Of a stretch of DNA of 64,000 nt, positions 30,913 to 42,716 are shown piece by piece. A program made the position numbers and the translations under genes. Positions within the stretch are counted from its first letter, which is position 1. The number at the start of each line of letters is the position of its first letter. A model generated the notes under the pieces. The model had not been told where the DNA came from, did not search any database, and saw only the letters and a program-made list of their open reading frames with translations. This stretch comes from Marsupella aquatica (taxonomy: Eukaryota; Plantae; Marchantiophyta). The DNA lies in assembly GCA_973895155.1 (NCBI GenBank), contig OZ316892.1, forward strand, positions 14,686,861 to 14,750,860. The letters are read 5' to 3'.

Positions 30913-31271
30913 TGTCATGCCGAGGGACAATGCCGCTTGTGCACATCGGCATGTCCCTCGCATGCCCGCTAGGTATGTAGTTAGGGCTAGTGTACTACTT
31001 GAGTTAGTGTCATGTTCTTGTAGCAAGTCTGGGCCGTTCTTGAAGCAAAACGTGCTTGTTAGTGTGACGCCTTGACTTGATCTACTTAGGGCATGTCTTT
31101 CTTTGTCGGTTTTCAGTTCTTCTTGAATCGCTGTTGACAGAGCTCAGATAGTGCTCGTCAATTCCGTACACGGGATTCACACAGTGATTCGTTAGATGCT
31201 CCCGGCCGATCTTGGCATCCCGCCGGTTTTCGATTCGATTTCAGTACGATTGTTTCTCTTACGCCTTTTAT
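30913..31271 (+). repeat. Element 1 repeat A1 (359 bp)
   Basis: Direct repeat of 42023-42381, with about 11 mismatches by eye, mostly transitions. Confidence 0.95.
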
Positions 31272-31283
31272 TCAAGAAGAACT
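31270..31283 (+). promoter_or_regulatory. Putative self-priming PBS of element 1
   Basis: ATTCAAGAAGAACT sits at the end of A1 and is the exact reverse complement of 31115-31128 (AGTTCTTCTTGAAT), which starts in an initiator-like TCAGTT. Confidence 0.7.
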
Positions 31284-34200
31284 CGTCGAGATAGGGAAGA
31301 AGATTGCTTGTGACGATTTCGATAATTTCTGGTGAAGCCATTGCAATTTCTTCGACGGACATCGGAGTGACGAGTTAAAAGTTATGGGTTTATTGTGGTG
31401 TTATGTGTATACTTAAGTGTATACACATATGTATACACATAACAAGGGGTCCGGAGTTCCCTTTCCGGTTGCATCCGCGACTCTTTTGCTGCTTCCGACT
31501 GTCACTGCCGTTTGCCGCACGACCACCTCCCGACTACAACCTGTGGTTTGTAGGCCGCTGGCCCTTCATATTCCGGCCGCGACCTGCTTCCGGCCCAGTT
31601 TGCCTCCCGGCCGTGGAGACTCCTGCACCTTGCACGCCCGTCTTCCTCATTTTTGCTGCTTCCTGCTGTGGTCATTTCTCAGCCGCGTGACCACCTGAGT
31701 TTACAGGGCGCACCTCTCTTCCCGACTGCATAGGGCCGCGCGCCCGTTTTCTCTTGTTTTTTTTTCTCATTTTTGCCTTGCCAGCCTCGATATTTTCTTT
31801 CCTCTTTTCCTGCCGCTGCCAGTTTCCTGCCTTTATCTTGTAGGCTGTGCGTACAGGGCATCGTGTCTCCCACTGCCAGCATTTAATTAAGGAGAGGAGG
31901 GGGAGCAAGTACAAGCCGGGAGTCGAGAGGAGAAGGCACAGAGGCCTATGAAGCATTAACGAGGGGAGGGGGAGAGCCGAGCCACGGAGGGGAGGGGGGA
32001 AGCAGAAGGAGGGCACGAAGCCCTATGAGGAATTAAGGAGGAGCAGGGGAGTTAAGTCGACTCCCTTCTCGGGAGTACATACGACTCCCTCCTCAAGAGT
32101 TTCTGCCAGGGGCCCAAGGCCCTATGAGGGATTTAAAGCAGGGGAGTGGGAGCTCGTAGCTTCCCTTCGAGCTCATAAAGAGGGGGTGCGAAGCCCTATG
32201 CAGGGCTCGTGCCATTAAGAGGCCCAGTGTCATTCCTTTTGCCTTGACCTCCTCCCTCTTCGCCATTTTCCACTTCCTGCCCTTTTCTTTCTCCCTGCCA
32301 CCTTTGTATACACATACGGGAATGCAGTGTGCCCGCCTTTACTCCCCCCGATCCTGTCACACGCGACTTCTTTCCGGCCGCGATCTGCTTCCGACACCTT
32401 TTTCTTTCTGGCCACCACGCTGATGCATACACATTGGGCACCGGCCGGTGCCCTTTACGTGTATACACTGGCCTCCTGTGTATAAACATAAGGGAGCCAC
32501 CCTTTCCACTGTTTTTTGGTTGTTTTTCTTCGTTTTTATTTTGACCCTTTTAGGCAAGGTCGGTATACACATCGGGGCCAATTTCATCCTGTTTAGCCCC
32601 GGCCTCCTTGCCTCACGCGATTGCTTCATTTGTGGGTTAATTTTCTAGCCTGGGGGCTGTCATTTCTTTTTCTTGTCAGTTTCTTTCCCGACAGCCCCCC
32701 ATTCCACCAGAAACAGGGGGAGAAGACATTTCCTAAGACATTTCCTATTGCTACCATTTCCAATAATTTGGCACCCCGGGTGAGCATGCAGCATGTCAGC
32801 AGAGGAGCCGAGTCGTAGTAGCTCATCGCCACCAACACCCCGGTACCACTTACGGAGTGATCCACGACCGTTGATGCCAATTTCATTGGAATCTCGGCAA
32901 TTTTGACGACGTCAGCAGATAGCAACAGCACCCACACCACGCAATCCTTCTGCTACATTTGGCGGTAGCTTCACCACTACTCTGAAGCCTGCTATCACTT
33001 CATTGCCATTTACCCCTTTTGCATCCGTGGTTGTTCCTGCTTCACCGACATACAGCATGGACGCCAGCCACTCATCTGGCCGCATTGAACGCTTCAACGG
33101 GCGGCCAGGCACTGTTTCTTTGCGTGAGTTCAAATCCACTTTCTACACTGTCGTTTACAAATTGGAGTTGAAGTACGGTAGCAATTTCACAAATGCTTTT
33201 GCATTTAAGCAGCTAGCCAGGTATGTGCACCATGAGGCTTTGGATGTGTATGAGCAGCACTCTCAACGGCTGCTTGCTGTCACACAATTGCCTAACCCTG
33301 CCTATGCCAGTGCAATTGCGGCAGCATCATAATTGGCCTTACAGAATGCCATTGCAGCCCATGCTGCTGCTCCTGCCACTTCCCCTCCTACTCCAGTTCC
33401 TACCACGGCGCCAGTTACTCCCATTGTCTTGGCACAAGCTACATCAGGCATTTCTCCCACCATTGATTCTCCTGCCTTTGCTGATCCAGTGGCTGAGTTT
33501 TTCCAGGTTCTTGAATTGGAATTCCCAATCAAGAGTGCTGACAAAATCATGCAGTTGGCCACCTTTGTGAGGCAGCGCGATGAAACATTGAAGATGATGT
33601 ATTTCCTGCTTCTCAAGCTGAAGGAGGACACCCAGAGCATCATTGACCTGGAAGCTGCTCATCGCTATCTTCGCGCATTGGAGAGCACACCAGCTCTCCA
33701 TTCCCAAGTGTTGCAACAAGTATTCTCAAAGTTTGGAGATAGCTACACCCTGCTCAATGTCTATGACACTGCTGAGAAACTTGAGTTGGCCCATGCACAT
33801 TATGAGGCCAGTATTGCGCGCCCACCGCGATCCAGGTACCAGGCTACTGCCCCTACACTGGCCACCCCTTTGCGTGTGCCACAGTATGGTTCCAAGACCA
33901 AGCCAGCCCATGCTGCTTTCATGCTGCCATCTTTCAACTACTGTGGTAACCCCAATCACAAGGCTAATGAATGTGATATTGTTGCTGAGAACCTGTCTTG
34001 TGATTTTTGCGGGAAAGTGGGCCACTTGGAGGCAGTTTGTTTTGCCAAATTCCCAGAGAGGAAGCAGCTATGACAACAGGCCACTCATCTTGCTCCTGTT
34101 TCCACTCCCCCACCAGCTCGGAGGGCTCCTACTGCATCAGTTGCTCCTCCTTCCAGTGGCAAAGCACCCAGTGCCAACAAATTGCCCAAGCAGCAACAGA

Positions 34201-35898
34201 AAGCAACCAGCTCAAAAAGAGGCTCACAACGCACAGACAACTCAACTCTAGTCTCTAACTCATGAGGTTGAGTCCCTACGTGCCCAACTTGCCAACATCA
34301 AAGGCAAGTCAATTGCCTCTACTGGTCCTTCTCAACCGGCTGGTCACGTGCAACCCATTCCTGGCCCAGGCACCACTGACAGTTTAGCATCTCTACCCCG
34401 CTCTTTCTATGGCTTGCCATTTGATGCTCATATGGGTGAGTGTGTGCTGTCCTCTGCTACACAGCCTGGCCTTACAGCAGAATTTTCAGATTCATTCTGC
34501 CCTTCCTATTTTGCTTACCAGCAGGCTAGTGCAGCCTCCCGTATTGCTCCCACCCGCCGCATTGTACAAGCTGATGGTCTTGCTGCCGGTCCTATGACTA
34601 GAGCCAGGGAAGCTCAAGCTGTCTTGCCCCAATCTTTTCAGCCACTCACACTTGCTGGAGAGCGCACCTTGTTGGTGAGGGGGGAGGGAGCTGCAGCTAC
34701 ATCCATTCCATCACCAGGTGTTGCTGACATTTCACAGGGAGTTGTTTCTCCTGAGCTGCTTGAGCATTTCACCTCCGGTATGGCACAAAGGATCCTTACA
34801 ACTCCACTTTTCAGTTGCCATGATTTACAACTGGATGCTAGAGCTGTCATCAGAGCGCTAGAGGGCTCACTACATTCTTCATCAGCCCCTGTGACACTGG
34901 TTTTGGAGGTCCAATCTTATGTACATACTGGACCTTCTTCTTCTCCTTTACATGTTTCCACTGGTTTGACTGCCCCAGTACCGATTGCTGCTGATTGTGT
35001 GACCAGAGCTACACTTGATTCTGGTCATGCTGCTCCATCTTTCCTGGCTATGTTGTTGAGTGGAAAGACCGTGGACACTAACTCCCTTCACAAGGTACCT
35101 CATCATTTGCCGAGAGTGGTGCCTAGTGACAGGACTTCAGTTTCCACCACCATTGCCATTGTTGACAACAGGAATTCAGTGGTTAAGTTGGAGGGTCACA
35201 CTCCTCAGGTGGTCATGCTAGACACAGGTGCTCAACCAGTGATATTGGGCATTCAGTTTGCCAAGAAGATGAGACTGTTGACTGATCATTTACAGCAATC
35301 CAAGTGGCACATTCGGACTGCTAGTGGCACTGTGGAGGATGTGCTGGGTGAGAGTTCTACTTTACTCACTCTCACTTTTAATGGAGGTACAGATCAGGAA
35401 CTGCATTTCCCAGTCAGATGTTTGGTTACCAATGCCACTACGTATGATGTGCTCATTAGCCAGGAGGCTTTGTTCCCACCAGGTTTTACCATTGACAACT
35501 GGCATGAGCATGCATACTACAGACTTGATTAGCATACTGATGGCTCACACTTGGGCTACATTCCACTTGATTTGCATGGTGCCCATACACCTATGGCTCA
35601 CCACTGTGTGTTGAAAGCAGTGCACACAGCTACCTATGTCAACCACCCATTGCAAGATTGGATTGAGGAGGATGACGATGAGGTGGCTGCTGCACATGCT
35701 GCTACACGTATAGCAGCACTTTCCAGCAACGTGGATCATCAACCAGAGATGGTACAACGGCTCCAAGCAGCCCATGGACCTTTGGTGGCTGCATTGCGCA
35801 AGTTTGAAGACCTTGGATAGCACAATGGACAGCCAATAGCCCCAATCTTGAGCGCACTAGTTACATGGACTCCCCATCTTAGTTTGACCAGCGACCAC

Positions 35899-36399
35899 AG
35901 GTCAAAGAGGATTTCAGTGTGGTCCAGCACTACTTGGGACCACCCCTTCTCATTGATGCAGTGCACTGTGGTTCTTATGCACATCGTCTTCGTAACTTTT
36001 GGACTAACCTTGCACCACCTTCCTTGTTGGAGTTAGCTCTTCACCACACATCCAGGGACACTAACCTCACAGTGGACCAGATTTTGGATCCTGATAGTTC
36101 TTGCCAACCAGTTACACGGCAAGAGCCAGCACCTTGGTATCCAGCCAATACCATTGGACAGCCCCGTGTTGCTTGGCCTACATTTGTGTCCTTTCCAGGT
36201 GCACATGCTTTTCAGGGTGATGGTCCTGGCCTGGTTTACCGGCATTCTACCGGTACATGGGATGAACCCTAGTCCTGAGGAGAGAGAACGGGCTATGGGC
36301 TTCCAACCCGGTACTACATGCCACACCAAAATCACCAAGCTGGCCAGGAATGCTTTACTTGGCAGGGTAATGGATCTTAATGCTCTCACTTGGCTCCTG
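35899..36399 (+). pseudogene. C-terminal half of a DNMT3-like C5 methyltransferase in element 1 (motifs VIII-X only)
   Basis: LIDAVHCGSYAHRLRNFWTNL, EP-SPEERERAMGF and RNALLGRVMD align with the element 2 domain. The FGG, PC and ENV motifs are absent upstream. Confidence 0.8.
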
Positions 36400-39300
36400 G
36401 TCACTTGCATCCTTTTTCAGATGTACATTCATCCAACATCAGGAGTTCCAGCCCTACCACTCCATGGTGCTGCTACATGGCATCCAGAAGTGCACTTATC
36501 TCTATTCAACACTCACCGCTCCAGTCCAAGTGTTAGGGGGGAGGAGGTCCCTTGTAACGTGGCTGATATTATTTCTGAGTTTCATGGTGTGGATCAGACC
36601 AGAGCAACAGATACAACAGGCCGTGGAGAGGCCTCATCACCTTATCAGCAGCATGCTAGCAGCTTGGACAGTGGAGAGGCTAGCACTTCTGGCTCTTCAA
36701 GCATGAGTACATCAGGGCCTATTCCTAGTGTTGCCAACTACACGTTCATCATGGGCAACCACCTGAGTAAAAGACAGAAGGACCAGTTGCTGAATTTGCT
36801 CCTCAAGCATGAGAACGTGTTTGCTTTCTCTATGAAGGACTTGGGTAAGTGCAAGACCATGCAGTTCTCCATTGAGTTGGCTGATGAAACACCTATCTTC
36901 AGGCGGAGACATCGTTTGAGTAAGCATGAGTGGCAGCTGGTGGATGAGAGGTGCCAAGAGTTATATGAAGTTGGTCTTATTCAGCCATCTACATCAGATT
37001 TTGCAGCAGCTACAGTGATGCCAGCAAAGAAGGATTCCAGTGGATTGTGGACAGAGAAGCGCATGTGTGGGGACTACAGGCCACTGAACCTGGTCACACC
37101 CCAGGACAGGTACCCCATGCCACGGCTAGAGGAGCTATTTGACAACATTGGAGACTTAGACATCTTCACTCTTGTGGATCTAAGGCAAGGCTTTAACCAG
37201 ATTTTGCTGCTTGCAAAGGACCGCAAGAAAACAGCTTTCCATGGCAGTAACCAACTATGGGAGTGGTTGGTGATGCCATTTGGCTTGAAGAATGCGCCCA
37301 TATTCTTTCAAAGAGTCATGGACCAGGTTCTTCAAGGTGCTGAGTTTCTGAAATGCTACATTGATGATGTCTTGGTCCACAGCAAAGGATTTGACCAGCA
37401 TCTACTTGACCTCGAGGAGCTATTCATGAGGCTTAAGAAGGTGAACCTAAAGATACACCCCAAGAAGTGTGAATTTGCTGTCAGATCAGTAGTATACCTT
37501 GGGCACCGCATTCTTCCAAATGGAACCATGGCTCACTGGGCCAAGGTGGTATCCATCTTGGAAATGCCCACTCCTACCGATGTTCACACTTTGAGGAGTT
37601 TTATTGGGTTGTGCAATTACTACCGGATCTACATCAAAGATTTCAGCACCATTGCACACCCATTGTATGCTTTGTTGAAAAAGAATGTGACTTGGACATG
37701 GAGTACAGATGTTGAGGCAGCATTTGCCACTTTGAAGGAGAAGCTCTCAGAATACCCGATGCTGAGAAGACCTGATTTCAGCAAGGTCTTTGTGCTCCAC
37801 ACAGATTGGAGTGCCCTTGGGATTGGTGCCATTCTGGGCCAGCATGATGAGGAAGGTAAAGAGTACGTCATTGTCTATGCATCTAGGAGCAACAATCAGG
37901 CAGAGAGTCATTATTCTTCGTATGAGGGTGAATGTCTTGCTGTTGTGTGGGCTATCATACATTACAGGCCCTACCTCTATGGGACCAGGTTTGTCCTCTA
38001 CACCGACCACCAGCCCTTGAAGTGGTTGATGACCAACGACAAGCTTACTGGCAAGCTTGCTCGTTGGGCGCTCATACTCCAGGAGTATGATTTTGAGGTA
38101 ATTCATAGGCCTGGTGTGACACATCAAAATGCTGACACTATGTCCCGCAGCCCTTTGATTGCCTCTGATGATTCCTCAGATGCACGGCAGGATTTTGACC
38201 AGGTTTCCATCCTGCCTACATTTCATGCATCTACCTATCTTGCTTTGCTGCCATGCTACGTTGTCGACCAACCTGTGGTGGACATATGGGAGGAGAGCGA
38301 CACTCTGAGATTTCTGCAGCATGGGGAGTACCCCACCCATGTTACTGCTGCCCAGAGAGACTGAATTTAGCAAAGGTCCAAGCGCTACTTGTGGAAGGGA
38401 GATCATCTTGTGCGCTGCTTGCCAGATAGGGAAGTGGTGGTTCCACCCATTCATGAGAGGGTTGGCCTTATCCGTAAGGTACATTCTGAGCTTGGTCATT
38501 TTGGCGTTAAGAGGACTTACAGCCTCTTGGTCCCTCATTATCATTGGAGAGGCATGCATGGCCAGGTTCGAGATGTTATTGCCCGGTGTGAGCAGTGTGA
38601 TAGGGTAAGGACTTCTTTCACATCTCGGCAACCCACACTTCATCCACTCCCTATTCAGGGCATGTTTTATCGTTGGTCATGTGATTTGGCTGGAGAATTA
38701 CCCCTCACATCTCGGGGTAATCTCTAAATCATGATCATGATAGAGCATTTCTCCAAGTGGATAGAACTTGTGGCATTGCCGGATAAGACCTCCCGTAGCA
38801 CCAGCCAGGCATTCCTGCAACAAGTTCTCAGCCGCTTTGGAGCTTGTGCAGAATGTCTCACTGACCAGGGCTCAGAGTTTAGAGGAGAGTTCCAGGAGCT
38901 GTTGATCAGGCCCTCATTGATCATCGTCGGACATCACGAGATCACCCACAGGCAGATGGCTTGGCAGAGTGCATGGTTCAGACATGCAAGAAGGGTCTCC
39001 GAAAGATTTGCCTCACCAAAAACAAGGAGGATTGGGACCTGGCCTTACCCTACATTGCCATGGGGTATAGGATGTCTAGACATGCATCATTGTCTAACTT
39101 TTCTCCCTACTTCTTGTTGTTTGGTCGTCACCTAGTTCCACCTTCTGCTATTGCTGCTCACATGCTTCAGGTGGTGGACTTGGATTCAACTGTGACTTGG
39201 TCTGATGTGATCTCTGAGAGGGCTACCCTATTCAGGAGGGTTATGCCCATGGCCATGGAGAATTTGGCCATTGCACAACATAGGGACACACTGCGTTATG

Positions 39301-39570
39301 CACACACACTAGGGGGCACTTTTCAGCCCAAGGTCAGGAAGTTTGATATGGGAGATTTTGTGTACTTGCAGCGGCAAGCTAACGACACCCTGGACACCTC
39401 TACCAGTCGTACTATTCTCAGGGTTAAAGCTATTCGACCGTCTGGAGTGCTAGAGTTACAAGGGGCAGATGGGCGCACAATTGCTGACAATGCCAAGAAT
39501 TGCGCCCCTTGTCATCTGCCTAACCTGGATCCCACCATTGTGACTTCTACCTGGATTCCACCTGTGGACT

Positions 39571-41639
39571 CCCTAGGCCCTTAGCTTAGCTAATATGGGA
39601 CCCCCCGTGCAAACAACTCAAGGGGTTTATAAATCCTTTTTTTGAATAATAGTTATAATCGCTTATAATGTAACAACCCTTTGTTTTATTGGGTTCCATG
39701 TTATAATGAACCAAGGTGATCTAAAAAATAGGGTTCAAGTAGTTTTATGGAAGGGTAAAGCATATGGGGCCGCCACACGTCAATAACTCATTCATCCACG
39801 TGTCATTACATCCTTGGTTTGGGGTGTGCAAACACATTTGAATTTTGGGGGATAGGGGCAATTTTTCCTTTATGGGGTCTCGTTTACCATTTATGGATGA
39901 CCAAAATGGTCTGCCATTGATCTCTTTGATGCTCTATATCAAACGGTGTAGGGATATATATATATGGCCTTGTAGGGCCCCCAAAGGAGGAGGTCAAGTT
40001 GACAACGTTGTTCAATGCGTGTTGCGTTATATGTGGATTCTATGATGCCCCAAGTGATAGAGAGAGTCTCAATCCAGAGTCACTTATGTACCTCGGTGGA
40101 TATTTATCACTCCTAGTGATCAAAGAATTGGTTTAAATGTAATAAGTTTTCCAATGCTTTAGACTCAAAGGATAACTTTCTTGTAAACAATGATGAATAT
40201 GCTTAACAAACTATGGGACAAACTTAAGTGCAATGTGGACTTACAATTTTCATAGATGACAGCGTAGGATGTTTACAACTTAAATTTGGATACTTGTATG
40301 CGTTTGTTTGACTCTTAAATGCCTTGACTCCTACCTTCTTGCGAGGAAGTGTGTACATAAAGAATCCCTGGGCCCTCAGCATTACTAATACAGGGAGGAC
40401 GTGCGAACAACGCAAGGGTATTTTTAATGTAATACAAACAAATTTTAATAATAATTTTGAAAGTAGGCAACATCCCTTTATATACATTCATCACAATATT
40501 AGTAATAAGGCTCTTATCAAATACATGTCACATTATTCTTACGCAAGGGTACCCAAAATGCCAAGTACACGCGTCACTATATGGTTGGGACACATACAGT
40601 CATCACCTCATTTGCACACGTGTTCATATAGTAAATCAGACATTTAATTATTTGTTGTCTTAAGGCAAGTTTAGTTTTGTGGGACCCTTTATGGTGGGAC
40701 AAATGGTTTTGGGTAGACATGTTTACCCACATGTTTAGGAGTTAAGTCTGGAGTTGAGTAAATGTTGGGAATCTGGGATTGATGGGGATCATGGATCAAC
40801 CCCACATGGACGGACAAGATTACTTTTGAATTCTCTTGAATAAAAAAGCCAGGTATGAGGCTAGATGTGTTTGCGTGTGTAGGGGGTATCGGGTGCTCAA
40901 CCAATGCTTGTTATAGTTGGTTCAGACTTTGGAGTATTATCCCTCGATTATACATATAGTACTCATGAAACCAGAAGTTTAGAGGCACTGTTGCGAACAC
41001 TAAGAGGAGAGTGCATGCCTGTTTGTATACTATAGGAAGAACTATTCTTGTAGTGTATTAATTTTGTTCATCTATATAAAATATGTATCCTGAACATTGG
41101 GCGTAACAGCCATACAAGTCCCCTATGCAGTCTCATCTATTTCAGTATGATATTTGCAATTTTAAAAATTCAAGGGTTTTTTCAATTCCTTGAAAAACTC
41201 TATTATAATTTACAAAAGGATAAAATTTAATAGAAAAGTTAATATTTTTACATTAACAAGGATATTTTTTTTGTGAACAAAAATATTAAGAAGGGGTACA
41301 CGGGGGGTGTCTGTTCTCAGGGGGGTTCACTTAATATAGTAAGAGTGAGGGCCCAGGGTAAAGAATATGTTGTTCCTATTTTTGCTTTTGATAATGTGAA
41401 ATGTTTATTCCAATCTGTTTGACTTAGAATCTCTTTGACAAGATTTTTTTTATAACACCTGAAGAGCATATTTAATGTCATTTTGATGAAGATTATAATA
41501 GCCCAAAGGGCTTTCTTAATGACCCAAAAGTAATTTATTAATACTAATAAGAGCTTTTTAAAAGAGCAAAAAATAGTACTGGAGGGGAGGGGCGTTCACA
41601 GACGGGTTCCATTAATATACACGGAGTACGGGCCCAGGG
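39571..41639. mobile_element. Non-autonomous TIR DNA element inserted between integrase and PHD of element 1
   Basis: Ends are CCCTAGGCCC...GGGCCCAGGG. 8-bp TSD TGTGGACT at 39563-39570 and 41640-41647. Removing it restores ...WIPPVDYPCKMC. Confidence 0.9.
40366..41358. mobile_element. Second non-autonomous TIR element with the same end type, nested in the previous one
   Basis: Perfect 13-bp TIR CCCTGGGCCCTCA. 8-bp TSD TAAAGAAT at 40358-40365 and 41359-41366. Confidence 0.9.
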
Positions 41640-41844
41640 TGTGGACTACCCTTGCAAAATGTGTTTGCGAATTGACGATGCTGACCAGATGCTGCTATGT
41701 GATAATTGCAATGGAGGGTACCATCTTTTCTGCTTGCGGCCTGAACTTACCCAGGTGCCAGAAGGGTTATGGTTTTGCCCTTCCTGTGCTCCACATGCCA
41801 CCTGACTTTTCCTCAGCCCTCCTTGTGACTGTGGTCTGGGGGGG

Positions 41845-42381
41845 ATACAGAGGTTTACACCTCCACTACGTACATACCACCTCAGTTGCTTTTTCTTGGC
41901 ACTTGGGAATGTGATTGGACTTTTTCTATGCATGTTGGTTGCTAGCAGCTTGCACATATGCATTGCCGGTGACTTGTATGTTTTCGATACACTATGGCTA
42001 CGATACTATATGTCACGACAGCTATCATGCCGAGGGACAGTGCCGCTTGTGCACATCGGCATGTCCCTCGCATGCCCGATAGGTATGTAGTTAGGGCTAG
42101 TGTACTACTTGAGTTAGTGTCATGTTCTTGTAGCAAGTCTGGGCCGTTCTTGAAGCAAAACGTGCTTGTTAGTGTGACACCTTGACTTGATCTACTTAGG
42201 GCATGTCTTTCTTTGTCGGTTTTCAGTTCTTCTTGAATCGCTGTTGACAGAGCTCAGACAGTGCTCGTCAGTTCCGTACACGGGATTCACACAGTGATTC
42301 GTTAGGTGCTCCCGGCCAATCTTGGCATCCCGCTGGTTTTTTATTCGATTTCAGTACGATTGTTTCTCTTACGCCTTTTAT
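41845..42381 (+). repeat. Element 1 B1 (41845-42020) + GC + A2 (42023-42381); the unpermuted 3' LTR-equivalent
   Basis: Directly follows a G7 tract (41838-41844, PPT-like). B1 matches 42384-42406 + 51527-51679 (176 bp, ~3 mismatches). A2 matches A1. Confidence 0.9.
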
Positions 42382-42716
42382 ATATACAGAGGTTTACACC
42401 TCCACTTGTCGTGCGCATACATATCGCTACACAACATACATCGCTTGTCACATACATCCAGACATAGTCACACTGCCACATCACAAATACAAGAGAATGG
42501 AATACAAGTGGAACTCATGTCCACACATGTCCAAAACCCACAATCGCCCCCCTAGCTGGGAGTAAGGTCCCCTAACTCTAGCTAGCCATGAGTTCTACAA
42601 GGTTGATATACACCTTTTTAGGTGTGAAGATCAGGAGGCCGGGTGCAAGTGAGCCCCATCGATCACCTACCTCCAATCCATATCTGCCAAGAGAACACAA
42701 ATGATACTAGTCGGCT

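Larger units (their letters stand above)
33057..41805 (+). pseudogene. Element 1 gag-pol polyprotein (Gag-CCHC, aspartic protease, truncated DNMT, RT, RNase H, integrase, PHD); disrupted by stops, frameshifts and an insertion
   Basis: Motifs CDFCGKVGHLEAVC; MLDTGAQP; RMCGDYRPLN, MPFGLKNAP, YIDD; LHTDWS, YEGECLAV, DHQPL; HSELGHFG..CEQC, WSCDLAG, LTDQGSEF. PHD CKMC..LLCDNC..YHLFC..WFCPSC at 41641-41805. Confidence 0.93.

Noticed and set aside
30913-42381. Conventional LTR element with A1 and A2 as its two LTRs
   Set aside because: A does not end in CA, no TSD flanks A1/A2, the PPT-like tract precedes B1 rather than A2, and the AATG TSD closes only at 51680.
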